The notes beneath the pieces are model-generated. The model had not been told where the DNA came from. It did not search any database and saw only the letters and a program-made list of their open reading frames with translations. A program made the translations under genes and the position numbers. From NCBI GenBank assembly GCA_038087875.1, contig CM075995.1:1366001-1430000 (forward strand): a DNA stretch of 64,000 nucleotides. Direction: 5' to 3'. Of this stretch, positions 52,166-63,398 are shown piece by piece (within the stretch, counting starts at the first letter, position 1; every line of letters begins with the position of its first letter). This stretch comes from Malacoraja senta. Its lineage: Eukaryota.

Positions 52166-53460
52166 TCCCCTCCTGCTTGACAACATCTTTCATCTAACAT
52201 GGTGCCCAGAACTGAACACAATACTCTAAATGCGGTCTCACCAATGTCTTGTACAACTGTAACCGGACCTCCCAACTTCTATACTCAATGTTCTGACTGA
52301 TGAAGGCCAATGTGCCAAAAGTATATTTGTCCACCCTATCTACCTGAGGCCACTTCCAACGAAGTATGTACCTGTACTCCTAGATCCCTCTGCTCTACAA
52401 CACTACCTCAGAACCCTGCCCTTTACTGTGTAGGTTCTGCCCATAATATTGCTCCCAACATCCATCAACCATTCCTCAGCCCACCAGCCCAACCGATCAA
52501 GATCCTGCTGCAACCTTTGACTTCACTATCTGCAATACCACCCACTTTCCTGTCATCTGTAGCTCTTTGTATTTCTATGGTATTAGCGGTGCCCTGTTTT
52601 ATGTGAGAGCTGCACGGTGGCGCAGCGGTAGAGTTGCTGCCATGCAGAGCGTGCAGTGCCGGAGACCCGGGTTCGATCCCGACTACGGACGCCGCCTGTG
52701 CGGAGTTTGTACGTTCTCCCCGTGACCTGCGTGGGTTTTCTCCGAGATCTTCGGTTCCCACCCACAACCCAAAGACGTACAGGTTTGTAGGGTAATAGGC
52801 TTGGTGTAATTGTAAATTGTCCCTTGTGTGTGTAGGATGGTGTTAATGTGCGGGGATCGTTCTTGCGAACCTCCTCTGCACCCTCTCCAGAGCCGGCACA
52901 TCCTTCCTCTGACATGGTGCCCAAAACTGCTCCCAACATTCCAATGTGGCCTGACCAGTGCCTTGTGGAGCCTCAGCATTACATCCCTGTTTTTGTATAC
53001 ATGCCCTCTTCAAATAAATGCTAGCATCGTGTTTACTTTCTGGAATGCTCTCTAGTTGGTTCTCTACTCAGTTTACTCTACTTCAGTTTACTCTGCTTTA
53101 GAGATACAACCTGGAAACAGGCCATTCAGCCCACCGAGTCCACGCTGACCTGCAATCACCCCGTACACTAGCACTTTCTTACACACTAGGAACAATGTAC
53201 AATTTTACCGAAGCAAATTAACTTACAAACCTGTACGTCTTTGGAGTTTGGGAGGAAACCGGAGCACCCGGAGAAAACCCACGCAGGTCACGGGGAGAAC
53301 GTACAAACTCCGTACAGACAGCACCCGTGGTCAGGATCGAACCTGGGTCTCTGGCGCTGGTTTACGACTAAATAAAAACCTTCTCCCCATAACCCTTAAC
53401 AGGATCAAACCCGGGTCTCTGGCGTTGTAAGGCAGCAACTCTACCGCTGCGCCACCGTAC

Positions 53461-54153
53461 TTCTTCTTTTTTTCGTGTCTTTGAAGCCGGTTGGCTATAT
53501 GACAGTTTCCCATTCCTTTACACAGTCCTTTGCGTTTTTATTGAACACTGCAAGATCCTTTAAGCTGCACTGGTTGGGTAGTAGGGGGCAGACAAGGCAG
53601 TGCTGCATTGTGTGGTCCTCTTCTCCACATTCACAGGTGGTTTGGCCAGTTTCATAGCCCCATCTGGCCATGGCATCTTTTGATCGCCCTGTTCCTGTTC
53701 TCAGGCGGTTGAGCGTCTTCCACTGGACCCATGGTGCTTCTGAGCCCGGAGGGAGGGCTTCAGAAGGAGGGATACCCATGTCAGTAGGAGGGGGGTCGTC
53801 CTCAAGCCTTTTTGTCCATAGTTGGAGTCTGGTTTCTTCCCGTGATGCTATTAGGGGTTGGACATGGCTGAGAAAGCTTCTCCTGGACTTCAGCCGTTGG
53901 GCCGGGGGTACACGTCCGTAGAGGAGGTGGCGTTCATCATTGGTGGCCTTGGTCATCTCTACTCGGCTGGCGACTTCCCGTCTCACATCAGCAGGGGCAA
54001 TGCCAGCGAGGAGGTGCAGGTTGTTTATGTTGGTGGGCTTCAAGCAGCCAGTGATTGAGCGGCAGGTGTTATTCAACGCTGGGTCTAGTTTCTTGGCATG
54101 GGATGATCTCTCCCAAACAGGACACGCATACTCCGCAGAGGAGTAGCGTACTG
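53461..54153 (-). mobile_element. 5'-truncated Vingi/Ingi-like LINE (ORF C-terminus plus tail)
   Basis: Open frame 53495-54076 with ITGCLKPT...LAGIAP...WKTLNRLRTG...CECG...HCLVC; tail ...GACACGAAAAAAAGAAGAA. Clade assignment is from motif recall. Confidence 0.7.
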
Positions 54154-55292
54154 CCGTACTGAGAGACTGTACATGGTAGGCCTGCTCTCTAGTTGGTGAT
54201 AGGATAGGTCAGTTGCATGATAACAGCTGGGAAGAATCTGGAGGTGTCCCTGAATGTGGAGGCGTGCATGTTTAGCAATGGACAAATGTTGGCACGGTGC
54301 CACAGCGGTAGAGTTGCTGCCTTACAGCGCCAGTGACACGGGTTCAATCCTGACTACGGGTGCTTGTCTGTGCAGAGTTTGTACATTTTCCCCGTGACCT
54401 GCGTGGGTTTTCTCCGAGATCTTCGGTTTCCTCCCACACTCCAAAGACATGCAGGTTTGTAGGTTAATTGGCTTGGTAAAATCGTAAAATTCTCCCAAGT
54501 GTGTGTGGGGTGGTGTTAATGTGTAGGAAGGAACTGCAGATGCTGATTTACACCGAAGGTAGACGCAAAATGCTGGAGTAACTCAGCGGTTCAGGAAGCA
54601 TCGCTGATCGGTGCGGACTCGGTGGGCCGAAGGGCCTGTTTCCACGCTGTATCTCTAAACTAAACTAAACTTAACTAAATAATGGCGTTTGATGTTAATA
54701 GGGCTGATAACTACAGAGCAAGTAACTGCGGATTGATTCAGTATGAGAGTGTTTTCTGGAAGAGTCAAAGTGACCTTAGAATTTAAACCAAGTTATTCTG
54801 GCACACAATCTATTCACCAACTGCTGCGGGAGAGATTTATTCTTTGCTGGGCATTGGCCTTAAAGGAAATTTGACCATGAGGCTATTATTGTGCAGGCTT
54901 GTTTTAAAGAAATTTGATTTGAACAAAAACACTTCAAAATGTCAACTACTTACATGGGGCAAATAATTGCTGTGAGCCTGATTTACAGCAAATGGTTTCA
55001 CATTTGCATTTTCTCTACTGTATATGCTTTTGAACTAGCTGTTAATTTAGTCAAACCGTTATGCATAACAGGCCAGTTGATTAAGAGAGTTCCAAAGGGG
55101 AACATTCCATAGCCTCATATTAAAAGGTGTAGCTTCTGGTAAAGGTAAATTGAAGAAACAAGGAACTTGGCTTTATAAGGCACTGGTCAGATCGCATTTA
55201 GAACGCATTTTATCAGGATGCATCACGGCTTGGTTTGGGAACAGCTCCATCAAAGATTGCAAGAAATTGCTAGAGTTTATATGGATGACCTT

Positions 55293-55411
55293 CTCCTTCT
55301 CCTTCTTCTTCTTGTAACTTGTTCTATTTGATCTTATTTGATTGTGCACGCCAGGGTGATTGCATTCGTTGAAACAGGGCGGACCACGTGAAGGTTGCAA
55401 TCTCCCACCCC
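55293..55411 (-). mobile_element. Short (AAG)n-tailed retroposon starting with a minimal HDV-like ribozyme
   Basis: About 120 bp; purine-rich AAG tail at 55293-55313; possible TSD ACCTT; same family as 26513-26645. Confidence 0.75.
55358..55411 (-). ncRNA. Minimal 54-nt HDV-like ribozyme fold, catalytic C retained
   Basis: GGGGUGG-GA-GAUUGCA-ACC-UUCACGU-GGU-CCGCCCU-GUUUCAA-CGAA-UGCAAUC: P1 7 bp with G·U at +1, P2 7 bp, P3 3 bp, 7-nt L3, vestigial P4, J4/2 CGAA. Confidence 0.78.
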
Positions 55412-55812
55412 ACCTTGGACCTAATTGAAACTTACCGAATAGTGAAAGGCCTGGATAGGGTGGATGTGGAGAGGATGTTTTCACTGTTGGGAGAGTCTAG
55501 GACTAGAGGTCGTAGCCTCAGAATTAAAGGATGTATCTTTAGGAAGATGAGGAGGAATTTCTTTAGTCAGAGGGAGGTGAAACTGTGGAATTCTTTGCCA
55601 CAGAAGGCTGTGGTTGCCTTCAATGGATATTTTTAAGGGTGAGATAGATTTTTGATTAGTATGGGTGTCAGGTTCACATGGGGAGATGGCAGGAGAATGG
55701 TAAGATAGGTAAGATAGATCAACAATGAAATAATGGCTTAATCCTGCTCCGATAATTTATTGAATCTATGAACATTGTGCTGGAATGTTCATAAACTTCT
55801 AACAACCCCCCC

Positions 55813-56362
<550 letters not shown>

Positions 56363-56534
56363 CTGGACTCACACAATTTGCAACTATTCAATCTTTCTCT
56401 ATCCAACCATCAGCCTATCAACACCTCCCCCCTCCCCACCCATACCTCCCCAATCTATTCCTCTCATGATTGTATACACCTCTATAAGATCACCCCTCAT
56501 CCTCCTGTGCTCTAAGGAATAGAGTACTAGCAAG

Positions 56535-57105
56535 CAATCAATCAATCAGATTTATTAATCACACACACAATAAAGTGCAGTGATATGAATTTGCCAGCAG
56601 CGGTACAATCAAAAAAGAACACACAATACACAATAAAAATTTAAACAAACATCCACCACAGCATTCTTCACTGTGGTGGCGTGGAAGGCACAAAGTACAG
56701 TCAGTCCTCCTCCATTGTTCCCCCGTGGTTGGGGCCATAAACCTCCACAGTCGCCGCTGCGGGCAGCCGGATGTACAGGCCCTCTCATCGGGACGGTAAG
56801 TCCAGAATCGGCGCTTCCCTACCGGAGACCGCGGCTTCAGGATGTTGTAGGCCGGCGGTCGAAGCTCTTCTCCGGGGATCCCCGGCGAGGGATCCCGCGC
56901 CGGATGGTAAGTCCACGCGCGCCCGCGGCTAGAAGCTTCGCAGACCGTGGCTTCAGGATGTTATCGGCCGCGGGGCGGTGGTCGGAGCTCTTCTCCGGCG
57001 ATCCCTAGCGAGGGGTCCCAGGCTCCGGACGCCGATGCCCGCGGCTAGAAGCTCCGCAGACCGCGGCTTCAGTTCTGTAACAGTCCGCGGGCCAGCGATC
57101 GGAGC
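56535..57105 (-). mobile_element. Non-autonomous retroelement with GC-rich tandem units and Rex1-like AATAAA/(GATT)n tail, inserted in a CR1 fragment
   Basis: About 115-bp units (gaccgcggcttcag at about 56827, 56943, 57059); host tagagtactagca|tgctcaacctc resumes. Confidence 0.6.
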
Positions 57106-57554
57106 ATGCTCAACCTCTCCCTGTAGCTCAGGCCCTTGAGTCCTGGCGACGTCCTCATAGATCTTCTCTGCAGCCTTTCCAGTTTGACAACTTCCTCCTA
57201 TGACATGGTGCCCAGAACTGAACACAATGCTGTAAACGCAGCCTCACATTATAACTTGTTTAAATGCAACATGATGTCCCTACGCGATGCTCTGATTCTC
57301 TGATTGATGAAGGCCAATGTGCCGAACGCCTCTTTGATGATCCTATCTACCTGTGATTCCACAGGTTAGGGATGGGAAGTGTACTGATGAAGTAAGAGGA
57401 TCAGTTGTAAAGGAATATTAGCATTATGGCTCTCACAATAACTCGTGCATTCCATGTTGACTGATACACTTTTAAAGTGGGTGTTCAAGGATGATAGGAG
57501 AGATTAACAACAAATGATCATTGTGGGCGGCACAGCGGTAGAGTTGCTGCCTTA

Positions 57555-57874
57555 AACCCTTGTCCCACGGTACGAGTTCATTCCAAGAGTTCTCCCGAGT
57601 TTGCCCTGATTCAAACGCGGAGATTTACGGTAATGGCCACTCGTCGGTACTCGGGGCTCTCGTGGACATTTTTCAACATGTTGAAAAATCTTCACGAGTC
57701 TTCCCGTGGTTACCTGCCGTTAACGAGTCTTCCCGAGTACCTACCGTTTGCGCTAAGAGACGTCCCCGAGCTCCGACGTACCCGCTACGTTCATTCTCCG
57801 TGCTTACCACGAGTTCGATTTTTTTTAAACTCGGGAGATCTCTTGGAATGAACTCGTACCGTGGGACAGGGCTT
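57555..57874. mobile_element. PIF/Harbinger-type MITE inserted in a V-SINE head
   Basis: TIRs of about 48 bp (tgtcccacggtacgagttcattccaagag); TTA TSD; host gttgctgcctta|cagtgccagag resumes. Confidence 0.9.
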
Positions 57875-58222
57875 TTACAGTGCCAGAGACCCAGGTTCGA
57901 TCCTGACCCCCAGGTACTGTCTGTCTGGAGTTTGTACGTTCTCCCCGTGACAGCGTGGGGTTTCTCCAGGTGCTTCAGTTTCCTCCCACACTATAAAGAC
58001 GTGCAGGTTTGTAGTTAATTGTTTTGGTATAATTTTAAATTGTCCCTATTGTGTGTTTATGTACAAGTTGATCGCTGGTCAGTGCGGATCCAGTGGGCCG
58101 AGCGGCCTGTTTCCACGCTGTATCTCTAAACTAACCAATAAAACTAAATAAAGCAAGTGAATCTCTGGGCTTTCTGGGTTGGAGGAAAACGATTCATAAG
58201 GGCAGGTAGTTGCAGAATCATG

Positions 58223-58408
58223 CATAGACACAAAATGCTGGAGTAACTCAGCGGGACAGGCAGCATCTCTGGAGAGAAGGAATGGGAGACGTTTCGGGTC
58301 GAGATCCTTCTTCAGACTTTCTCCAGAGATGCTGACTGCCCCGCTGAGTTACTCCAGCATTTTGTGTCTAAATTCGATTTAAACCAGCAACTGCAGTCCT
58401 TCCCTACA
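58223..58408. mobile_element. Inverted pair of Penelope tails with 10-bp flanking duplication
   Basis: CAGAATCATG at 58213-58222 and 58409-58418 flanks the palindromic unit. Confidence 0.75.
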
Positions 58409-58990
58409 CAGAATCATGTGCTTGGTTTCAACTGCTCTTCCTTGTAAACGAGTTATTAAAGATCAATCCAAGTAGGAAAGTGCAAAACACAGTAAAAGCC
58501 AAAAGTTAAAAGAGCCACAAGGTTGACAGGAATGGTTGAATTTTGTGAGCTTAAGCAAGGGGCAATTTTCACCAACCTACACAATCACATTATAGTGATT
58601 TATCTGTTAAAGTGGAAATTAATAGTTGACCTGCTGTAGAATCGGAGCCAAGTCCAGGTCATGTCTCAACTAGTCAAACAATTGCTTCCCTCCTCAAGTT
58701 CAATGACAAAGTGAACACTTGGCTGCTCTCCATGTGGTATTTCAACACTGAAAGCCAATCCAGGACAAAGCAAAACACCGGCTTATTCTCAGCTCAATCT
58801 TATTGAGCAACCAAAGAGCACGGTGGCGCAGCGGTAGAGTTGCTGCCTTGCAGCGCCGGAGACCCGGGTTCCATCCCGACTACGGGTGCTGTCTGCGCGG
58901 AGTTTGTACGCTCTCCCCGTGACCTGCGTGGGTTTACACCGAGATCCTCGGTTTCCTCCCGCATTTCAAAGACGTACATGTTTGTAGGTT

Positions 58991-59209
58991 CTTCTTCTTG
59001 CGTTTGAGGCAGCAGAAGCCTGCAGCAGGGTGATGCCATCCGGTTCGACGTCCGTAAGTGCCCGCCCTAAAAAGGGCGCATGATCCGGGTTGGCGCCGAG
59101 CTGCGGCGACTGAGGTTGCATTTCTGCTGCTGTCTCTGTTTGTTGTCGTTCCCCTGACCGAAGTCAGTTGACAGGGCTCACCACGGGGGAGGTCGACAAC
59201 ATGAGCCTC
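58991..59209 (-). mobile_element. Short non-autonomous Ingi/Vingi-like retroposon with 5' HDV-like ribozyme fold and (AAG)n tail, inserted in a V-SINE
   Basis: 10-bp TSD TTTGTAGGTT (58981-58990, 59210-59219); 3' end ...AAACGCAAGAAGAAG; short reading frame MQPQSPQLGANPDHAPFLGRALTDVEPDGITLL from ATG at 59121. Confidence 0.8.
59141..59209 (-). ncRNA. HDV-like ribozyme fold, probably inactive in this copy
   Basis: P1 GAGGCUC/GAGCCCU (G·U at +1, one A-C mismatch); P2 UGUUGUCG/CGACAACA; P3 ACC/GGU; L3 UCCCCCGU; P4 CUGAC-UUCG-GUCAG; J4/2 reads GGGAA, so the catalytic C is absent. Confidence 0.75.
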
Positions 59210-59689
59210 TTTGTAGGTTAATTGGCTTTGGTATCAATGTTAAAAAAAAAAAAAATCCCTAGAGGGTGAAGGATGGTGCTAATATGTGGGGATCGTTGGT
59301 CGGCGTGGACCCGGTGGGCCAAAGGGCCTGATTCCGCTCTGTATCTCTAAACTAAGCTAAACTAAACTAAATATGTTGTGCGGTTTCTGAGTTGTGTATT
59401 CTATCTGTCATCAGTGAGATCTGTTAATGACAGCCATACTTAACACTGAAGGGTCTCGACCCGAAACATCAACTCTTCCTTTTCTCCAGAGATGTTGCCT
59501 GTCCCGCTGTGTTCCTCCAGCTTCCAGAGTCTATATATTTGGTTTTAACCAGTTCTGCAGTTCCTTCCTACACTTAAGAACCACTATTAGATTAGCTTGT
59601 TACAATCGAGCTGGTATAAGATTGATGGACATTAATCGCAGAATTACACGGTACCTCATGGCTCCACTGACCCGGGTTTAAGGTTCAAT

Positions 59690-59996
59690 TTCAGTTTTAG
59701 TTTAGTTTAGAGATACAGCACGGAAACAGGCCCATCGGCCCATCAAGTCTGTGCCGAACAGCGATCCACACATCCTAGTCACACACTACGGACAATTTAC
59801 AATTATACCAAGCCAATTAGCCTACAAGCCTGTACGTCTTTGGAGCATGGGAGGAAACCGGAGCACCCGGAGAAAACCCACGCAGGTCACGAGGAGAACG
59901 TACAAATTTCTTACAGACAGCACCCGCAGTTAGGATTGAACCCGGGTCTCTGGTGCTGTAAGGCAGCAACTCTACCGCTGCGCCACCGTGCCACCC
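59690..59996 (-). mobile_element. V-SINE (HE1-like)
   Basis: Reverse complement of the same consensus. Confidence 0.88.
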
Positions 59997-60384
59997 TGTT
60001 TAGTTTAGTTTCATTTAGAGATACAGTGCAGAAACAGGCCCTTCGACCCACTGTGTCAGCACTGACCAGCGATCCCAGCTCACTAACATTACCTGAGTTT
60101 AGTTTAGCTTAGTTTAGTTTATTGTCACATGTACCGGAGTACAGTGAAAAGCTTTTGTTGCGTGCTAACCAGTCAGCGGAAAGACAATACATGATTACAA
60201 TCAAGCCATTCACAGTGTAGAGATACATGATAAGGGAATAACGTTTAGTGCAAGGTAAAGTCCGATCAAAGATAGTCCGAGGGCCCCCAATGAAGTAGAT
60301 AGTAGTCCTTGACACACACGAGAGACAATTTACAATTATTGGTACCAATTGGTACCAATTATACCAAAATTTCATCCCAAGGAT

Positions 60385-61455
60385 GGCAGAAGGCAAAGAG
60401 TGGCAATAAAGGGGGCTTTTTTGGGTTGGCTGCCAGTGACTAGTGGAGTTCCACAGGGCTCAATGCTGGGGCCACAACTCTTCACGTTGTATATTAATGA
60501 TTTGGACGAGGGGATTGAAGGCTTTGTGGCCATGTTTGTGGATGATACGAAAATAGGTGGAAGGGCAGGTCGTGTAGAGAAAGCAGGGACTCTGCAGAAG
60601 GATTTTGGACAGGTTGGGAGAGTGGGAAGAGTAGTGACAGGTGGAATATAATGTAGCAAAGCATGGAGTCATGCATTTTGGTTGTAGGAATAAAGGAGTA
60701 GACTGTTTTCTAAATGGGGTGAGAATCCAGAAATCGGAGGTGCAAAGGGACTTGGGAGTGCTGGTGCAGGATTCCCAAAAAAGTTAATCTGCAAGTCGAA
60801 TCTGTAGTAAAGAAAGCAAACTCAATGCTAGCATTTATTTCAAGATGGCTTACTGTATATACAAAAACAGGAATGTACTACTGAGGCTCTATAGGGCGCT
60901 GTTAAGGCCGTATTTGGAGTGTTTTGAGCAATTTTGGCCACCATATCTGAGCAAGGATGTGCTGGTTCTGGAGAGGGTCCAGAGGAGGTTTACAAGAATG
61001 ATCCCAAGAACGAGTGGGCTAACCTATGATGAGCGTTTGTCGGCACTGGGCCTGTACTCGCTGGCGTTTAGATGAATGACGGGGGATCTCATTGAAACAT
61101 ACATAATAGTGAAAGGCTTAGATAGGGTGGATGTGGAGAGGATGTTTACACTAGTGGGAGAGTTTTGGATCAGAGGTCACAGAATCAGAATTGAAGGACG
61201 TTCTTTTAGGAAGGAGTCGAGGAGAAATGTCTTTAGTCAGAGGGTGGTGAATCTGTGGAATTCATTGCCACAGAAGGCTGTGGAGGCCAAGTCAATTGAC
61301 ATTTTTAAGGCAGAGATGGATTGATTCTTGATTAGTAGGGGTGTCAGGGAGAAGGCAGGAGAATGGGGTTAGGAGGGAGAGATAGATCAGCCTTATTGTA
61401 CGTGATTACCACGAGTTAAATTTGGGCCGAATGGCCTAATTCTGCTCCTGTCACT
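60385..61455 (+). mobile_element. Degenerate CR1-type LINE (RT domain to 3' UTR)
   Basis: VTSGVPQGSMLGPQLFTLYINDL...FVDDTK RT motifs, with stops and frameshifts. Confidence 0.9.
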
Positions 61456-63092
61456 TTTTTTTTCTTTTTTTAAAAATATTTTTATTAGAAGCAGACATAT
61501 TATAAAGTATAGTTACATATTATAGTAAAAAAAAACGTTTCATATACATCAATCATACATTATTAAAATTTTCGATTATCGATTAATTCTGCTTCTAGTG
61601 TTTTTTTTATATAGATAGAAAGAGAGAGAAAGAGAGAAAAAAGAATTACAAATATCAAAAAAGAGAAAAGGTGGAATGAATTACTTATAATACGTCATTG
61701 GAGATAAGTTCGTAGATTATGAAGTATAATTTTTGATCTAATCCTGAGCAAGCTTCAGTTTGGTTTTCGTGCTGGGCCAATCTATCCCTTCAAATAGTTA
61801 ATGAATGGAGCCCATATTTTAACAAAAAGTTCTTGTTTGTCCATTAAGACAAGTCTAATTCTTTCTAGATGTAGGTCTCCGACATTTCCACAATCCACAT
61901 TTTAATTGTGGGGGTTATAGGGCCTTTCCAAAATTTTAATATTAATTTTTTCCCAGTTATTATACTGTAGTCGAGGAAGTTTCTTTGGCTTGTTGTGAGT
62001 GTTAAACTTTGTTCTGATATCCCAAGTATTATTAATTTTGAGTCTGGATCCAATTTAGTATTAACAACTTCAGAAATTATTTCAAAAATATCAGTCCAGA
62101 AATTTTTAATTTTTGTACAATTTGCAAAGGTATGTGTTAAATTGGCCTCTAGATGCAGACATTTATCACAAATAGGAGAAATATGTGGGAAGATTCTATT
62201 TAGTTTTATTTTGGAGTAATGTAATCTGTGTAAGACTTTAAATTGTATTAAAGCATGTCTGGCATTTAACGAGCATTGATGTATATGTTGTAAACTTTCG
62301 TCCCAAATATCTTTCGTTATAGGATAACCTAACTCATTTTCCCATGTGTATCTATATGGTTCCATCGGTGGTACCTCATTGTTTAAGAGGGTGTTATAAA
62401 TATAAGCTATTAATTTTTCTGTGTTAGGATGCTTATTCAAACATTCATCAAGAATTTCTGGTTCCCTAGTCCTATAAACTTGTGTATTAGATTTAACATA
62501 ATCTCTAATTTGTAGATATCTGAAGAAATTATTTGAGTGCAGTCCATGATTCTGTTGTAACTCTTGAAATGAAAGAAAGATGCCTTTCCTATAAAGATGT
62601 CCAATCTTTTTAATTCCATAATTTTTCCATTTTGTGAAACCTTTATCCAATATGGATGGTTTGAATAAAGGATTATTTACAATGGGAAGGCATAGTGGTA
62701 TATTATTCAGTTTTAAAGCTTTTTTAAATTATTTCCAAATTCGTATTCCACTATGTATTATAGGGTTTTTCTTATAGGTTTTTTTATGCAGTTTTGTGGG
62801 AGCAAATATAATCCAACCAATTTCAAAAGGTAAACATCCTTAACCAATCTGGTTGTTGATCCATTTCTTCCAGCCAGAAATTCATGTTTTTAATATGGAC
62901 TGCCCAGAAATAAAATAAGAAATTTGGCAAGGCCAAACCTCCATTGCTCTTTGACTTACATAAATGTTTTTTACTTATTCTATGATTCTTAAAATCCCAA
63001 ATAAAGCTTGTAACAATGGAATCGACTTTTTGAGAAAAAAAAATTGGGATATATATTGGAATTAATTGAAATAGGTACAGTAGTTGCAGTAA
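61456..63092 (-). mobile_element. 5'-truncated L1-clade LINE (ORF2 C-terminal part with frameshifts, 3' UTR, poly-A)
   Basis: QLLYLFQ..PI, SFIW, GGLALPNF, QFKVLHRLHY and CDKC...H...C zinc motif; T-rich tail at 61456-61490. Confidence 0.9.
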
Positions 63093-63398
63093 AACCCCTG
63101 TCTCACTGTGCAAGCTGACCCACGAGGTACCCCGAGTTTAAAACAAATTTAACTCATGGTAATCACGTACAATTAACGTAGCGGGAACGTCGGAACTCGT
63201 GGACGCAACTTAGCGACTCTTGGCGCTAACGGCAGGTACCCGTGAAACGTGTTAACTCGTGAAAAAGTTCAAACATGTTTAAACTTTTCCACGAGTAAAA
63301 TGTACTCTTGAGGTTAAAATTTGAAACATTTAAACTCGTTGTAAGAACGTAGTGGCCTGTGCGTTTACCTTTGTGACTCGTGAGTCTACCGTGGGAAC
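63093..63398. mobile_element. Truncated MITE related to 57555-57874, opposite orientation
   Basis: Starts aacccctgtctcac and aligns by eye with the reverse complement of the 57555 MITE; second TIR not found. Confidence 0.7.
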
